A stretch of DNA of 64,000 bases from NCBI GenBank assembly GCA_013359235.1, contig JABWCE010000003.1:80517-144516 (forward strand), in the 5' to 3' direction. How positions within the stretch are numbered: the first letter of the stretch is position 1; each line of letters begins with the position of its first letter. The DNA comes from Bacteroidota bacterium (lineage in GTDB: Bacteria > Bacteroidota > Bacteroidia > NS11-12g > UBA9320). Below the pieces are notes generated by a model. The model saw nothing but the letters and a program-made list of their open reading frames with translations, had not been told where the DNA came from and made no database searches. The position numbers were made by a program, and so were the translations under genes. This document shows, one piece after another, positions 1 to 11,241 of the stretch.

Positions 1-658
1 TAGGTAAAATTAAATTTTTTAATACAAATATTTCTCCTCTGAAAGGGTCTAAATCATTGTAGTTGCCAGTCATATTTAAGCCCGTGTATTTACTCAGAAC
101 AAACCCTAATAACCAAGCCAAAATTATAGCTACAAAAAATGATGGTAAAGAAATACCTGTGGTTGAAATAAATAAGATAAGTCTATCAACCCAAGTATCT
201 TTTTTAACTGCTGCAAGGCATCCTAAAAAAACACCTGCAATCGTAGCGAGTAAAATTGATGAGACTGCCAATATTAATGTACCTGTGAAGGCTTCTTTTA
301 TAATTGTATTTACTTGTTTGCCTGTTTGAAAAGAACGGCGTAAATACGGAATTTTTAAAACTATTTTATTACCTCCCAAACTTATTAATTGAATTTTTGA
401 AACATTTATTTCTTTCAAATCCTTGTAAACCGAAACAAAAGATACATCATTAATATAATACAGATATTGTGTTTTTATAGGTTTATCAAGTCCAAATTCT
501 TTTTTAATTGCTTCTTTTGTTTTTTCGTCGCTTCGCTGCCCGGTGGCAAGTTCGTCGGGGCTTGGAAAAGAAAAGCTGAAAATAAAAAATACTATAGTAG
601 CAACGCTGTAATAAATTAACAACCCATATAGTAATTTTTTGAAAAAATAGCCTGCCAT
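1..658 (-). CDS. ABC transporter permease, OppB/DppB family (5' part; runs off window start)
   Basis: Not in the ORF track. Minus strand from ATG at 658 reads MAGYFFKKLLYGLLIYYSVATIVFFIFSFSFPSPDELATGQRSDEKTKEAIKKEFGLDKP..., the typical OppB N-terminus (TM helix then GLDKP), and continues through hydrophobic segments. Confidence 0.8.
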   Translation of the reverse strand, partial: MAGYFFKKLLYGLLIYYSVATIVFFIFSFSFPSPDELATGQRSDEKTKEAIKKEFGLDKPIKTQYLYYINDVSFVSVYKDLKEINVSKIQLISLGGNKIVLKIPYLRRSFQTGKQVNTIIKEAFTGTLILAVSSILLATIAGVFLGCLAAVKKDTWVDRLILFISTTGISLPSFFVAIILAWLLGFVLSKYTGLNMTGNYNDLDPFRGEIFVLKNLILP

Positions 659-671
659 TTTTATAAATAAT

Positions 672-698
672 AAAAAAAATCAGACTTGAAAAAAGTCT
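672..698 (-). terminator. Weak intrinsic terminator after eno
   Basis: AGACTT/AAGTCT inverted repeat followed by a U-tract on the minus strand, directly after the eno stop. Confidence 0.4.
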
Positions 699-699
699 A

Positions 700-3106
<2,407 letters not shown>

Positions 3107-3122
3107 TTATTTATTTTTTTTG

Positions 3123-3130
3123 CAAAAATA
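3123..3130 (-). promoter_or_regulatory. Bacteroidota sigma70 -7 element for carA-eno
   Basis: TATTTTTG on the minus strand 16 nt before the TTG start. Confidence 0.6.
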
Positions 3131-3236
3131 TAAAAATAGCTTATTTCATAAATAAACATTTTATTAATATTTAAAAAAATCAAAACTATTTAAACGGTTG
3201 AACAAGTTTTTATGTTTATATAGGATTTAAAGGCTT

Positions 3237-4634
3237 TTACAGTCCTATTTCTTTACTTTTTGTTTTTAAAAAATCAAGTGCTTCGCGATAATCATTTTTT
3301 ATCAACCCATCGAGTATTGCATCTTTTAACGAATTTTTCAAAATTCCTACTTCACGTCCTGCACTTATTCCGAATATTTTCATAATTTCATTTCCGTCTA
3401 TCGGAGGTTGCCAGTTTCTTATTCTATCTCTTTGCTCGAGGTCTATTACTTTTTGTTCAACTACATTAAGGTTTTTTTCAAATTGCTTTTGTTTGTATTC
3501 GTTTTTGGTTGTTATATCTGCTTTGCAAAGTAAAAGCAAGCTGTCAATATCTTCACCGGCATCAAACATAAGTCGCCTTACTGCCGAGTCGGTAACATTA
3601 TCTTGTGCAATTACAATTGGTCGCAGGTGCATTTTTACCATTTTTTCAACAAACTTCATTTTTTCGTTTAATGGCAATCGCATTTTTTTAAATATATTTT
3701 TAACCATTCTGGCTCCTTTGTCTTCGTGCCCGTGAAATGTCCAGCCTTCGCCTTTTACAAACTTTTTGGTTAATGGTTTTGCAATATCATGCAATAATGC
3801 AGACCATCTTAACCATAAATCATTACTTGCCTTGCAAACATTGTCTATTACTTGCAAAGTATGATAAAAATTGTCTTTATGAGAAATTCCATCAATAGTA
3901 TCAACACCTTTAAGATTTTCTAATTCGGGCAAAATATATTTGAGCATTCCGGTATCAAACATAAGTTTTAAGCCTACTGATGGCTTAGGTGAAAGCAAAA
4001 TTTTATTAAATTCATCACTCACACGCTCCATAGAAACTATTGTGATTCTTTCGGCACAATTTACAATACCCTCAAAAGTTTTATTTTCAATTTCAAAGCC
4101 TAATTGCGAAGCAAATCTCACAGCCCTCATCATTCTCAAAGGGTCATCGTTAAAGGTAATTATTGGGTCAAGCGGTGTTTTAATAATTCCTTTATCAATA
4201 TCTTTTATTCCTCCAAATAAATCAGTAATTTCACCAAAGCTCTCGGCATTCATGCTTATAGCCAAAGCATTTATTGTAAAATCGCGACGGCTAAGGTCAT
4301 CTTTAAAAGTTCCGGGCTTAACAATTGGGTTTCTGCTGTTTGAATTATAAGATTCTTTTCTTGCACCTACAAATTCCACATCAAGTTCATTGATTTTTAC
4401 CATTGCTGTACCAAAATTTTTAAAAACTACAACTTCAGGTTTTGGATTGTATTTTTCTGCAAGTTTGTTTGCAAAAACAATTCCATCGCCAATAAGCATA
4501 AAATCTATATCTTTTGATGGTCTGTTTAAAATAATATCGCGAACATATCCGCCTACAAGATATGTTTTAATATTACTTTCGGAAGCAGTTTGCTTAACTC
4601 TTTCAAAAATTTCTTCATGCAATTGAACAAACAT
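3237..4634 (-). CDS. cca: CCA-adding tRNA nucleotidyltransferase with HD domain
   Basis: LVGGYVRD, DIDF, RRDFTINA, DDPLRMMRAVRF, LLHDIAKP. Confidence 0.9.
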   Translation of the reverse strand: MFVQLHEEIFERVKQTASESNIKTYLVGGYVRDIILNRPSKDIDFMLIGDGIVFANKLAEKYNPKPEVVVFKNFGTAMVKINELDVEFVGARKESYNSNSRNPIVKPGTFKDDLSRRDFTINALAISMNAESFGEITDLFGGIKDIDKGIIKTPLDPIITFNDDPLRMMRAVRFASQLGFEIENKTFEGIVNCAERITIVSMERVSDEFNKILLSPKPSVGLKLMFDTGMLKYILPELENLKGVDTIDGISHKDNFYHTLQVIDNVCKASNDLWLRWSALLHDIAKPLTKKFVKGEGWTFHGHEDKGARMVKNIFKKMRLPLNEKMKFVEKMVKMHLRPIVIAQDNVTDSAVRRLMFDAGEDIDSLLLLCKADITTKNEYKQKQFEKNLNVVEQKVIDLEQRDRIRNWQPPIDGNEIMKIFGISAGREVGILKNSLKDAILDGLIKNDYREALDFLKTKSKEIGL

Positions 4635-4785
4635 CGTGGCAAAATTAAAATTGATATTTGTTTATCCCAAACAATTAGGCTTTAGCTCAATAATATTTTA
4701 TTTTGTAATTCTTTTAAGTATTTATTGAAATTGATTTTGTGATAAATAATTTCACTAATGATAATTCTTATTAGTTTTGTTGCAA

Positions 4786-6267
4786 ATGTTACCGGTTTAT
4801 AATGCTTCCGAAATAAAAAATTGGGATAATTTCACAATTGAAAATGAGCCAATAAGTTCTACAAACTTGATGGAAAGAGCGGCTAATGCTTGTGTAGAGT
4901 GGATAGTAAAGCATATTAGCCACGAATTTAAAATAAATATTTTTGCCGGAAATGGAAATAACGGAGGTGATGGTTTTGCAATTGGTCGTTTGCTATTGCA
5001 TTATAATTACAAAGTAGCTTTTTATTTTAAAAAATCTGAAAATAGAACATCCGACAATTTAATAAACCTTAAAAAAATTGAGGATTTAAATCCTACATTG
5101 CTAAATATTTTAAATGACAACTCTCGATTCGAATTTAATGAAAACGATATAATACTCGATTGCATTTTTGGGGTGGGTTTCAAGCCTCCAATTGATAATT
5201 TTTGGAATAAAATCATTAATTCTATTAATAATACTGGTTGTAAAATAATAAGTATAGATATGCCTTCGGGCTTATTATCAGAGCCAGCCAATGGTTTTGT
5301 ACCCGACAAAAACACTATTGTTCAAGCGTGGCATACTCTTACTTTTCAAGTACCAAAACTAAGTTTGCTTTTGCCCGGATGGGGCGATTTTGCAGGAAAT
5401 TTTACAGTTATAAATATTAATCTTAAAGAAAAATTTAAAGAAACTAATCTTTCAAAAATAAATTACTTTACAATAGATGATGCCAAGAAAAAATTAATTA
5501 AAAGAACAAAATTTTCGCATAAAGGCACTTATGGTCATGCTTTGATAATAGCAGGAAGCGAGCAAAAATGCGGAGCGGCAATTTTGTGTTCAAAAGCTTG
5601 CTTAAAAAGTGGTGCGGGTTTGGTAACTGCTGTCTCAAATAAAATATGCAATACAAGTTTGTTTTTATCAGTTCCCGAAGTTATGCAAAACGACGGTTTT
5701 GATGACATTGAAAAATACAATGCAATTGGCATTGGTCCAGGTATAGGATTTGATGTTTTTGCTGTTGAAATTGTAAAAAATATTATTACAAAAACATCAG
5801 TACCACTTGTGATAGATGCTGATGCAATTGCAATTTTAAGAAAACACAATCTAAAGATACCCGAAAACTCAATTATTACGCCTCACCCCAAGGAGTTTGA
5901 CAATTTTGCGGGAAACTCTCAAAACTCTTTTGAAAGATATCAAAAAGCTATGAAAATGGCTCAAGAACTTAAAATCACTATTGTATTAAAAGGAGCAAAT
6001 ACAGCTATATTTTTTAATGATGGTTCAGTAGTTTTTAATAGTAGCGGAAACCCGGGAATGGCTACTGCCGGCAGTGGTGATGTACTTACAGGAATTATTA
6101 CTTCATTGGCTTGTCAAAAATACAATTTAAAAGATGCTGCAACTTTGGGAGTGTTTATTCATGGAATGGCAGGAGATTTGGCTGCCTCATACAATTCTTT
6201 AACAGGGCTAAGTGCTATGGATATTATAGATTTTCTTAACCCTGTTTTTAAAGAATTGGAAAATTAA
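4786..6267 (+). CDS. nnr: Bifunctional NAD(P)H-hydrate epimerase/dehydratase (YjeF)
   Basis: LMERA, GNGNNGGDG, DMPSG, HKGTYG, IDADA, TPHPKEF, MATAGSGDVLTG. Start moved to ATG 4786 because the track's TTG 4777 lies inside the -7 element TAGTTTTG (4772-4779). Confidence 0.93.
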   Translation: MLPVYNASEIKNWDNFTIENEPISSTNLMERAANACVEWIVKHISHEFKINIFAGNGNNGGDGFAIGRLLLHYNYKVAFYFKKSENRTSDNLINLKKIEDLNPTLLNILNDNSRFEFNENDIILDCIFGVGFKPPIDNFWNKIINSINNTGCKIISIDMPSGLLSEPANGFVPDKNTIVQAWHTLTFQVPKLSLLLPGWGDFAGNFTVININLKEKFKETNLSKINYFTIDDAKKKLIKRTKFSHKGTYGHALIIAGSEQKCGAAILCSKACLKSGAGLVTAVSNKICNTSLFLSVPEVMQNDGFDDIEKYNAIGIGPGIGFDVFAVEIVKNIITKTSVPLVIDADAIAILRKHNLKIPENSIITPHPKEFDNFAGNSQNSFERYQKAMKMAQELKITIVLKGANTAIFFNDGSVVFNSSGNPGMATAGSGDVLTGIITSLACQKYNLKDAATLGVFIHGMAGDLAASYNSLTGLSAMDIIDFLNPVFKELEN

Positions 6268-6282
6268 AAATTTTATTTTCGA

Positions 6283-6831
6283 TTATGCTTTAACGAGTTC
6301 TATCTCGCCAAATAGTTTTACTTCGTCGCTTACCAATACACCTCCTGTTTCAAGCCCTGCATTCCAAGTTAAATTCCAATCACTTCGATTAATTTTACCA
6401 TTGAAATTAAACCCTGCTCTTTCATTTCCCCAAGGGTCCTTTCCTATGCCTCCAAATTCTAATTCTAATTTAACTTCTTTTGAAATCTCTTTAATTGTCA
6501 AATTGCCGTAAAGCAAATAGTTTTCATCTTTCAGATGTTCAACTTTTGTTGCTTCAAATTTTAATGACGGAAAATTTTCGCAATCAAAAAAATCAGCTCC
6601 TTTAAGATGAGCATCTCTCTGCTCGCTATCAGTATTTATTGAACTTGTATCTGCAATAAATTCAATTTTTGATTTTGTAAAATCTAAACTTTCAGTTTCT
6701 ACTTTAAGACTGTACCTTTCAAAAAATCCCGATACGTTTGAAATCATCATGTGCCTCACTTTGAAGCCAATTTCGCTGTGCGAAGAATCAATGTTCCAAG
6801 AAATTGTGTTTGTTTGTGCTGTTGTTGTCAT
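6283..6831 (-). CDS. YceI family polyisoprenoid-binding protein (no signal peptide)
   Basis: WNIDSSHSEIGFKVRHMMIS, RDAHLKGADFFD, DPWGNERAGF, GGVLVSDEV. Confidence 0.93.
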   Translation of the reverse strand: MTTTAQTNTISWNIDSSHSEIGFKVRHMMISNVSGFFERYSLKVETESLDFTKSKIEFIADTSSINTDSEQRDAHLKGADFFDCENFPSLKFEATKVEHLKDENYLLYGNLTIKEISKEVKLELEFGGIGKDPWGNERAGFNFNGKINRSDWNLTWNAGLETGGVLVSDEVKLFGEIELVKA

Positions 6832-6880
6832 AATATTTTATTTTTTTATACAAAATTCAGTATAAATGAGGCTCTAATAC

Positions 6881-6918
6881 ATTGACAAACGTTAATAAAT
6901 TATATTGACATAAGTTAA
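6881..6918. promoter_or_regulatory. Two Crp/Fnr-type operator sites upstream of yceI
   Basis: TTGAC-N4-GTTAA at 6882-6895 and 6905-6918, between a crp-family gene and yceI. Confidence 0.65.
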
Positions 6919-7010
6919 GACATTTCTTAAAAAATATCAATTAATTTACCATTAAAAAATATAATTTCTTAAAATTAAACATTATAAAAAATATGGAATT
7001 GAAAAATAAA

Positions 7011-7583
7011 TTATTTTATATTTCGTCTTATTCTGCTAAGACTTTCGGGTGCTATTCCAAGATACGATGCAATAGTTTTCAAAGGTACACGATTGCTAAT
7101 TTCGGGATATTTATTTGTAAAAGTCAAATATCTTTCTTCTGCCGTTCCACCCAGCATACTGTTTAATCTGCGTTGGTTGGCAATGTAATTATTTTCGAGC
7201 ATTAGCCTCATATACCTTTCAAATTGTGGAACATTTTTAAAAATTTCTTCTCTATTTGCCAAATCCATAATCAGCATCTCGCAATTTTCTATTGCTTCAA
7301 TATTGTACATAGCTGGCAAACCTGTTAAAAAACTGAATAAATCTGTTACCCACCATCCTTCTATGGATATTTGATAGATAAGTTCATTCCCATTATTATC
7401 AATAGTATAGGTTTTCAAACAACCTTTGGTAACAAATCCTGTATGAAATGAAATATTGCCTTCTTGCAGGAAAAATTGCCTTTTTAAAAGTTTTTTTTGT
7501 TTAAAATTTTGAGAAATTATCTTCTTATCGCTTTCTGAAAGAAATATTGTTTTTGAAAGATTTTCAAATAGAAATTCAAACAT
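7011..7583 (-). CDS. Crp/Fnr family transcriptional regulator
   Basis: cNMP-binding-like N-terminal region (FVTKGCLKTY, IEAIE) and C-terminal HTH IASYLGIAPESLSRIR. Confidence 0.92.
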   Translation of the reverse strand: MFEFLFENLSKTIFLSESDKKIISQNFKQKKLLKRQFFLQEGNISFHTGFVTKGCLKTYTIDNNGNELIYQISIEGWWVTDLFSFLTGLPAMYNIEAIENCEMLIMDLANREEIFKNVPQFERYMRLMLENNYIANQRRLNSMLGGTAEERYLTFTNKYPEISNRVPLKTIASYLGIAPESLSRIRRNIK

Positions 7584-7596
7584 TTTAGCTATACTT

Positions 7597-7628
7597 ATTT
7601 ATATGGAATTACCTAATTCCATATAAAT
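7597..7628. repeat. Perfect 14-bp inverted repeat (hairpin) between rplY and crp
   Basis: ATTTATATGGAATT-acct-AATTCCATATAAAT. Confidence 0.8.
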
Positions 7629-7638
7629 TTGTTGAAAA

Positions 7639-8229
7639 TTATTCAGATTTTGATTCTGCACTTTTGTCGGCATCGCTGCTCATGCTGGCTCTTGTTACCG
7701 AACATGACACTACCGAATTGGCTTTGGTATCCAAAAGTTCAATACCATCAATTTTAATGTCACCAACTCTGATATTTTGACCAATTTCAAGTTTATCAAT
7801 ATTTACATTTATAGTATCGGGCATATTTTTTATTAGTCCTTTAACTTCTAATTTTTTAATTTTAAGATTTATTTTTCCCCCTGCTCTTACTCCGGGTGCA
7901 TTACCTGTAAGGCTTACCGGAATTGATAAAGTTATAGGTTTATCGGGCGAAACAATCATAAAATCAGCATGAACTATTGCTTCGTTTACAGGATGAAACT
8001 GTATATCTTGCAATTTTGCCAAATATTTTTCATCTCCTAAATTCAAATATACAAGGTAAGTGTTTGGTGTATATACCAAATTTTTAAAATCGTGTTCGTA
8101 AATGCTGAAAATTTTATTAATATTATTACCATAAACTACACAAGGCACTTTGCCTTCATTTCTCAAGGTGTTTGTTGCCTTTTTTCCAAGCTCATTTCTG
8201 AGTTCTCCTTTTAAAACAATTGTTTTCAT
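7639..8229 (-). CDS. rplY: 50S ribosomal protein L25/Ctc
   Basis: LRNEGKVPCVVYG, QDIQFHPV..IVHADF, GVRAGG; lies downstream of prs. Confidence 0.95.
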   Translation of the reverse strand: MKTIVLKGELRNELGKKATNTLRNEGKVPCVVYGNNINKIFSIYEHDFKNLVYTPNTYLVYLNLGDEKYLAKLQDIQFHPVNEAIVHADFMIVSPDKPITLSIPVSLTGNAPGVRAGGKINLKIKKLEVKGLIKNMPDTINVNIDKLEIGQNIRVGDIKIDGIELLDTKANSVVSCSVTRASMSSDADKSAESKSE

Positions 8230-8243
8230 ATTTTCTTTTTCTA

Positions 8244-9218
8244 TTATATTTTTAATTTATGTTGAAATACTTGTTCAATACTGAATAGCGAACTTATTGA
8301 AGCATTATCGCATATATTTCTTATTGCATTAGCAAAAAGTGGTGCTGTACTCAAAGTTCTTATTTTGCTGCTAATACCTTCTTTTACAGGAATTGTATCT
8401 GTAAGAATTACTTCAGACAAAACTGATTTTTCAATATTTTCATAAGCTTTACCCGACAAAACGGGGTGAGTACAAACTGCCCTTACGCTATTGGCACCAT
8501 TTTCTTTAAGCAACATTGCAGCTTTACATAGGGTATTTGCAGTATCACATATATCATCTACCAATACTATATCATAGCCTTTTACATCTCCGATAATTGT
8601 CATTGATGCTACTTCGTTTGCTATTTTTCTCTCTTTATCGCAAATTACCATTTCCACATTTAAAGCCTGAGCATAAAACCTAACTCTTTTTGAAGCTCCA
8701 ACATCAGGAGCTGCTACTTTCAACTTTTTTAGTTTCAGACTTTGTATATATGGAATAAAAATAACGGATGAATCGAGGTGGTCAACAGGTATGTTAAAAA
8801 ATCCTTGAATTTGTGGAGCATGCAGATCCATTGTAATGACTCTGTCAGCACCTACGGCAGTAAGAATATCTGCAATCATTTTAGCCGCAATTGGCACTCT
8901 TGGTTTGTCTTTTCTATCTTGCCTTGCCAAACCATAGTATGGAATAACAGCAATAACTTTGTGTGCTGATGCACGCTTTGCAGCATCAATCATCATACAC
9001 AATTCTATTAAATTATCTTGTGGAGGAAAAGTAGATTGAATTATAAAAATATCACATCCTCTTACAGATTCATTAATACTTGGTTGAAATTCACCATCAC
9101 TGTATTGCGAACAAATAGATTCGCCAAGTGGTTGCCCGAATTCCAGAGCTATTTTCTCAGAAAGATATCTGGAAGCTCTACCTGTAAATAATTTTACTTT
9201 GTTAAATCTGTTTTCCAT
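8244..9218 (-). CDS. prs: Ribose-phosphate pyrophosphokinase
   Basis: SDGE, PYYGLARQDRK, DLHAPQIQGFF, LVDDICDTANT, CTHPVLSG. Confidence 0.97.
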   Translation of the reverse strand: MENRFNKVKLFTGRASRYLSEKIALEFGQPLGESICSQYSDGEFQPSINESVRGCDIFIIQSTFPPQDNLIELCMMIDAAKRASAHKVIAVIPYYGLARQDRKDKPRVPIAAKMIADILTAVGADRVITMDLHAPQIQGFFNIPVDHLDSSVIFIPYIQSLKLKKLKVAAPDVGASKRVRFYAQALNVEMVICDKERKIANEVASMTIIGDVKGYDIVLVDDICDTANTLCKAAMLLKENGANSVRAVCTHPVLSGKAYENIEKSVLSEVILTDTIPVKEGISSKIRTLSTAPLFANAIRNICDNASISSLFSIEQVFQHKLKI

Positions 9219-9270
9219 TTTGTTTTACTGTCGTCTGATTATTTTTTGCAGACTATCATAAACTTTTAAG

Positions 9271-9343
9271 TTGTCCGACTAGGGGTCGAACCTAGACTCT
9301 TCTGGACCAAAACCAGACGTGTTGCCAGTTACACTATCGGACA
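9271..9343 (-). tRNA. tRNA-Gln(UUG), CCA not encoded
   Basis: Reverse complement TGTCCGATAGTGTAACTGGCAACACGTCTGGTTTTGGTCCAGAAGAGTCTAGGTTCGACCCCTAGTCGGACAA folds as a cloverleaf: anticodon TTG, T-loop GGTTCGAC. Promoter element TATTTTTG at 9353-9360. Confidence 0.95.
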
Positions 9344-9688
9344 ATAAGGCTGCAAAAATATTACTTTTTTTTAAAAATTTTATGTCTGAATTTATTTTTT
9401 TAAATTAAATTACAATCACTAATGTTTTTGATAAAAAAATTGGCAAAAATGCAATTTAGAACGAATTTAAATAAAGGTATTTTTGTTAAGTTTATAGTAA
9501 AAATAATTTTAAAACTACACCTGAATATAATACCATTAATATAATAAAAAATCATATACAAAACCTTGATCTTATATTGTTTAATGTATTTTTTAATAAT
9601 ATTTTTTATTAACTACTTTTGATAAACCACAAAACAATTAATATATAAAAAAAAAGAGTTTTTAATTCAAGAATTTGGAAAAAAACAA

Positions 9689-9708
9689 AACATGATTTTT
9701 CTCATGTT
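9689..9708. promoter_or_regulatory. Crp/Fnr-type palindrome upstream of the cytochrome c-nar operon
   Basis: AACATGA-N6-TCATGTT, perfect 7-bp arms with a TGA-N6-TCA core. Confidence 0.7.
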
Positions 9709-9727
9709 GCAGTATTTAATGTAAATA

Positions 9728-9735
9728 TACTTTTG
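9728..9735 (+). promoter_or_regulatory. -7 promoter element of the nar operon
   Basis: TACTTTTG matches TAnnTTTG, 27 nt before ATG 9763. Confidence 0.7.
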
Positions 9736-9762
9736 CCTAAAATATTTTATAGAATTTAAACA

Positions 9763-10335
9763 ATGAAATCAAAAATCATTTCGTCATTATTAGCAGTTGT
9801 ACTGTTAATTTCATTTAGTTACAAAAGTGATGCACAAAACGCAGGAGAGGAATCATTCAAACAAATTTGTTCGGCTTGCCATACAGTAGGAGGCGGTAAA
9901 CTTGTAGGACCCGATTTGAAAAACACTACTCAAAGACATACCGAAGACTGGTTGATTAGCTTTATCAAATCATCACAATCATTAATAAAAAGCGGAGATA
10001 AATATGCCGACTCTATCTTTAATGCATATAATAAAGTTGTAATGCCCGACCAAACTACGCTTGACGATGCAAAGATTAAAGAAATTTTAACATACATTTC
10101 TGATAAAAGCGAAGGCAAATCAACTGCTTCGGCTGCTGCACCAACAGTAACCAATGCAGGCGATACATCTGCAGATGGAACAAAAAACAATGATTCTCTT
10201 TACACTACTACAAATATTATATTGTTCAGCATTATAATATTTTTAATGATAGTTATAGTTTTTTTATCAAGAGTTATCAAAAAACTATCAAACCAATTGA
10301 TGGATTTTTACAGCAGTGACAGATCGTTTTATTAA
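9763..10335 (+). CDS. Monoheme cytochrome c with C-terminal membrane anchor
   Basis: Signal peptide, CSACH, GPDL, distal Met in VMP, Ala/Thr linker, C-terminal TM helix. Confidence 0.9.
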   Translation: MKSKIISSLLAVVLLISFSYKSDAQNAGEESFKQICSACHTVGGGKLVGPDLKNTTQRHTEDWLISFIKSSQSLIKSGDKYADSIFNAYNKVVMPDQTTLDDAKIKEILTYISDKSEGKSTASAAAPTVTNAGDTSADGTKNNDSLYTTTNIILFSIIIFLMIVIVFLSRVIKKLSNQLMDFYSSDRSFY

Positions 10336-10353
10336 AAATTATAAGAAAAAATT

Positions 10354-11217
10354 ATGAGAAAAAAATTCTTAAAACTAATTAAAGCAGGATTATCATTAGC
10401 AATGCTGGTAAATATTGCTTTTGCTCAAAGTGCAGGTGAAACAACATTTAAAAACACTTGTGCAGCATGTCATACAGTAGGCATGGGAAAACTTATTGGT
10501 CCTGATTTGGCAAATGTTGACAAAAGACAGTCGGAAGCATGGTTGATAAAATTTATTAAATCATCACAATCTGTAATTAAAAGTGGCGATAAATATGCTG
10601 ATTCTATTTTTAAAGCATTTAATCAGGTAACTATGCCTGACCAAGCATCACTAACTGATGCACAGATAAAAGAAGTTTTAGAATACATAAAATCAAAAAG
10701 TCCTGCTGTTACTGCAAGTTCAAGTACAAGCACTGAATCTACTTCTGAAACAACAAGTGCAACTACTTCAAATGGAGATGCATCACGCGGAAGAGATTTA
10801 TTTGTAGGTAAGTTGAGATTTTCAAATAATGGACCTACATGTAATTCATGCCATAATGTTGATATGGAGGGAGTAATAAGCGGAGGAGCATTGGCAAAAG
10901 ATTTAACACAGGCTTATTCACGTTTGGGAGAAGAAGGAGTAAAAGGAGTTATTTCAGGATTACCTTTTCCGCAAATGAAACAATCTTACGAAAAATCACC
11001 AATTATGGAGCAAGAAATTGCTGATATTGTGGCTTTTCTTAAAGAAACCGACAAACAAGCCTCAGCCAAAAGTACTGCAAGTGTTGGTAGTACAATGTTA
11101 ATTGGTGGAATAATTGGAGTAATAGTATTACTTGTATTATTTTCAATTTTCTGGATTAAAAGAAAAAGCCGTACAGTAAATTATTCAATATACGAAAGAC
11201 AAATAAAATCTACATAA
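10354..11217 (+). CDS. Diheme cytochrome c, NarC-like, C-terminal membrane anchor
   Basis: Signal peptide, CAACH and CNSCH, Ser/Thr linker, C-terminal TM helix; immediately upstream of narG. Confidence 0.9.
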   Translation: MRKKFLKLIKAGLSLAMLVNIAFAQSAGETTFKNTCAACHTVGMGKLIGPDLANVDKRQSEAWLIKFIKSSQSVIKSGDKYADSIFKAFNQVTMPDQASLTDAQIKEVLEYIKSKSPAVTASSSTSTESTSETTSATTSNGDASRGRDLFVGKLRFSNNGPTCNSCHNVDMEGVISGGALAKDLTQAYSRLGEEGVKGVISGLPFPQMKQSYEKSPIMEQEIADIVAFLKETDKQASAKSTASVGSTMLIGGIIGVIVLLVLFSIFWIKRKSRTVNYSIYERQIKST

Positions 11218-11241
11218 AAATATTATAAAAAAGTAACAATT

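Noticed and set aside
7011-7583. The local Crp protein as the O2-sensing FNR for nar
   Set aside because: It has no N-terminal Cys cluster, and its adjacent boxes (TTGAC-N4-GTTAA) differ from the nar promoter palindrome.
9271-9762. tRNA-Gln as integration site for the nar module
   Set aside because: The module lies on the 5' side of the tRNA, no duplicated tRNA 3' end or integrase is visible, and tRNA-Gln upstream of prs is a common native arrangement.
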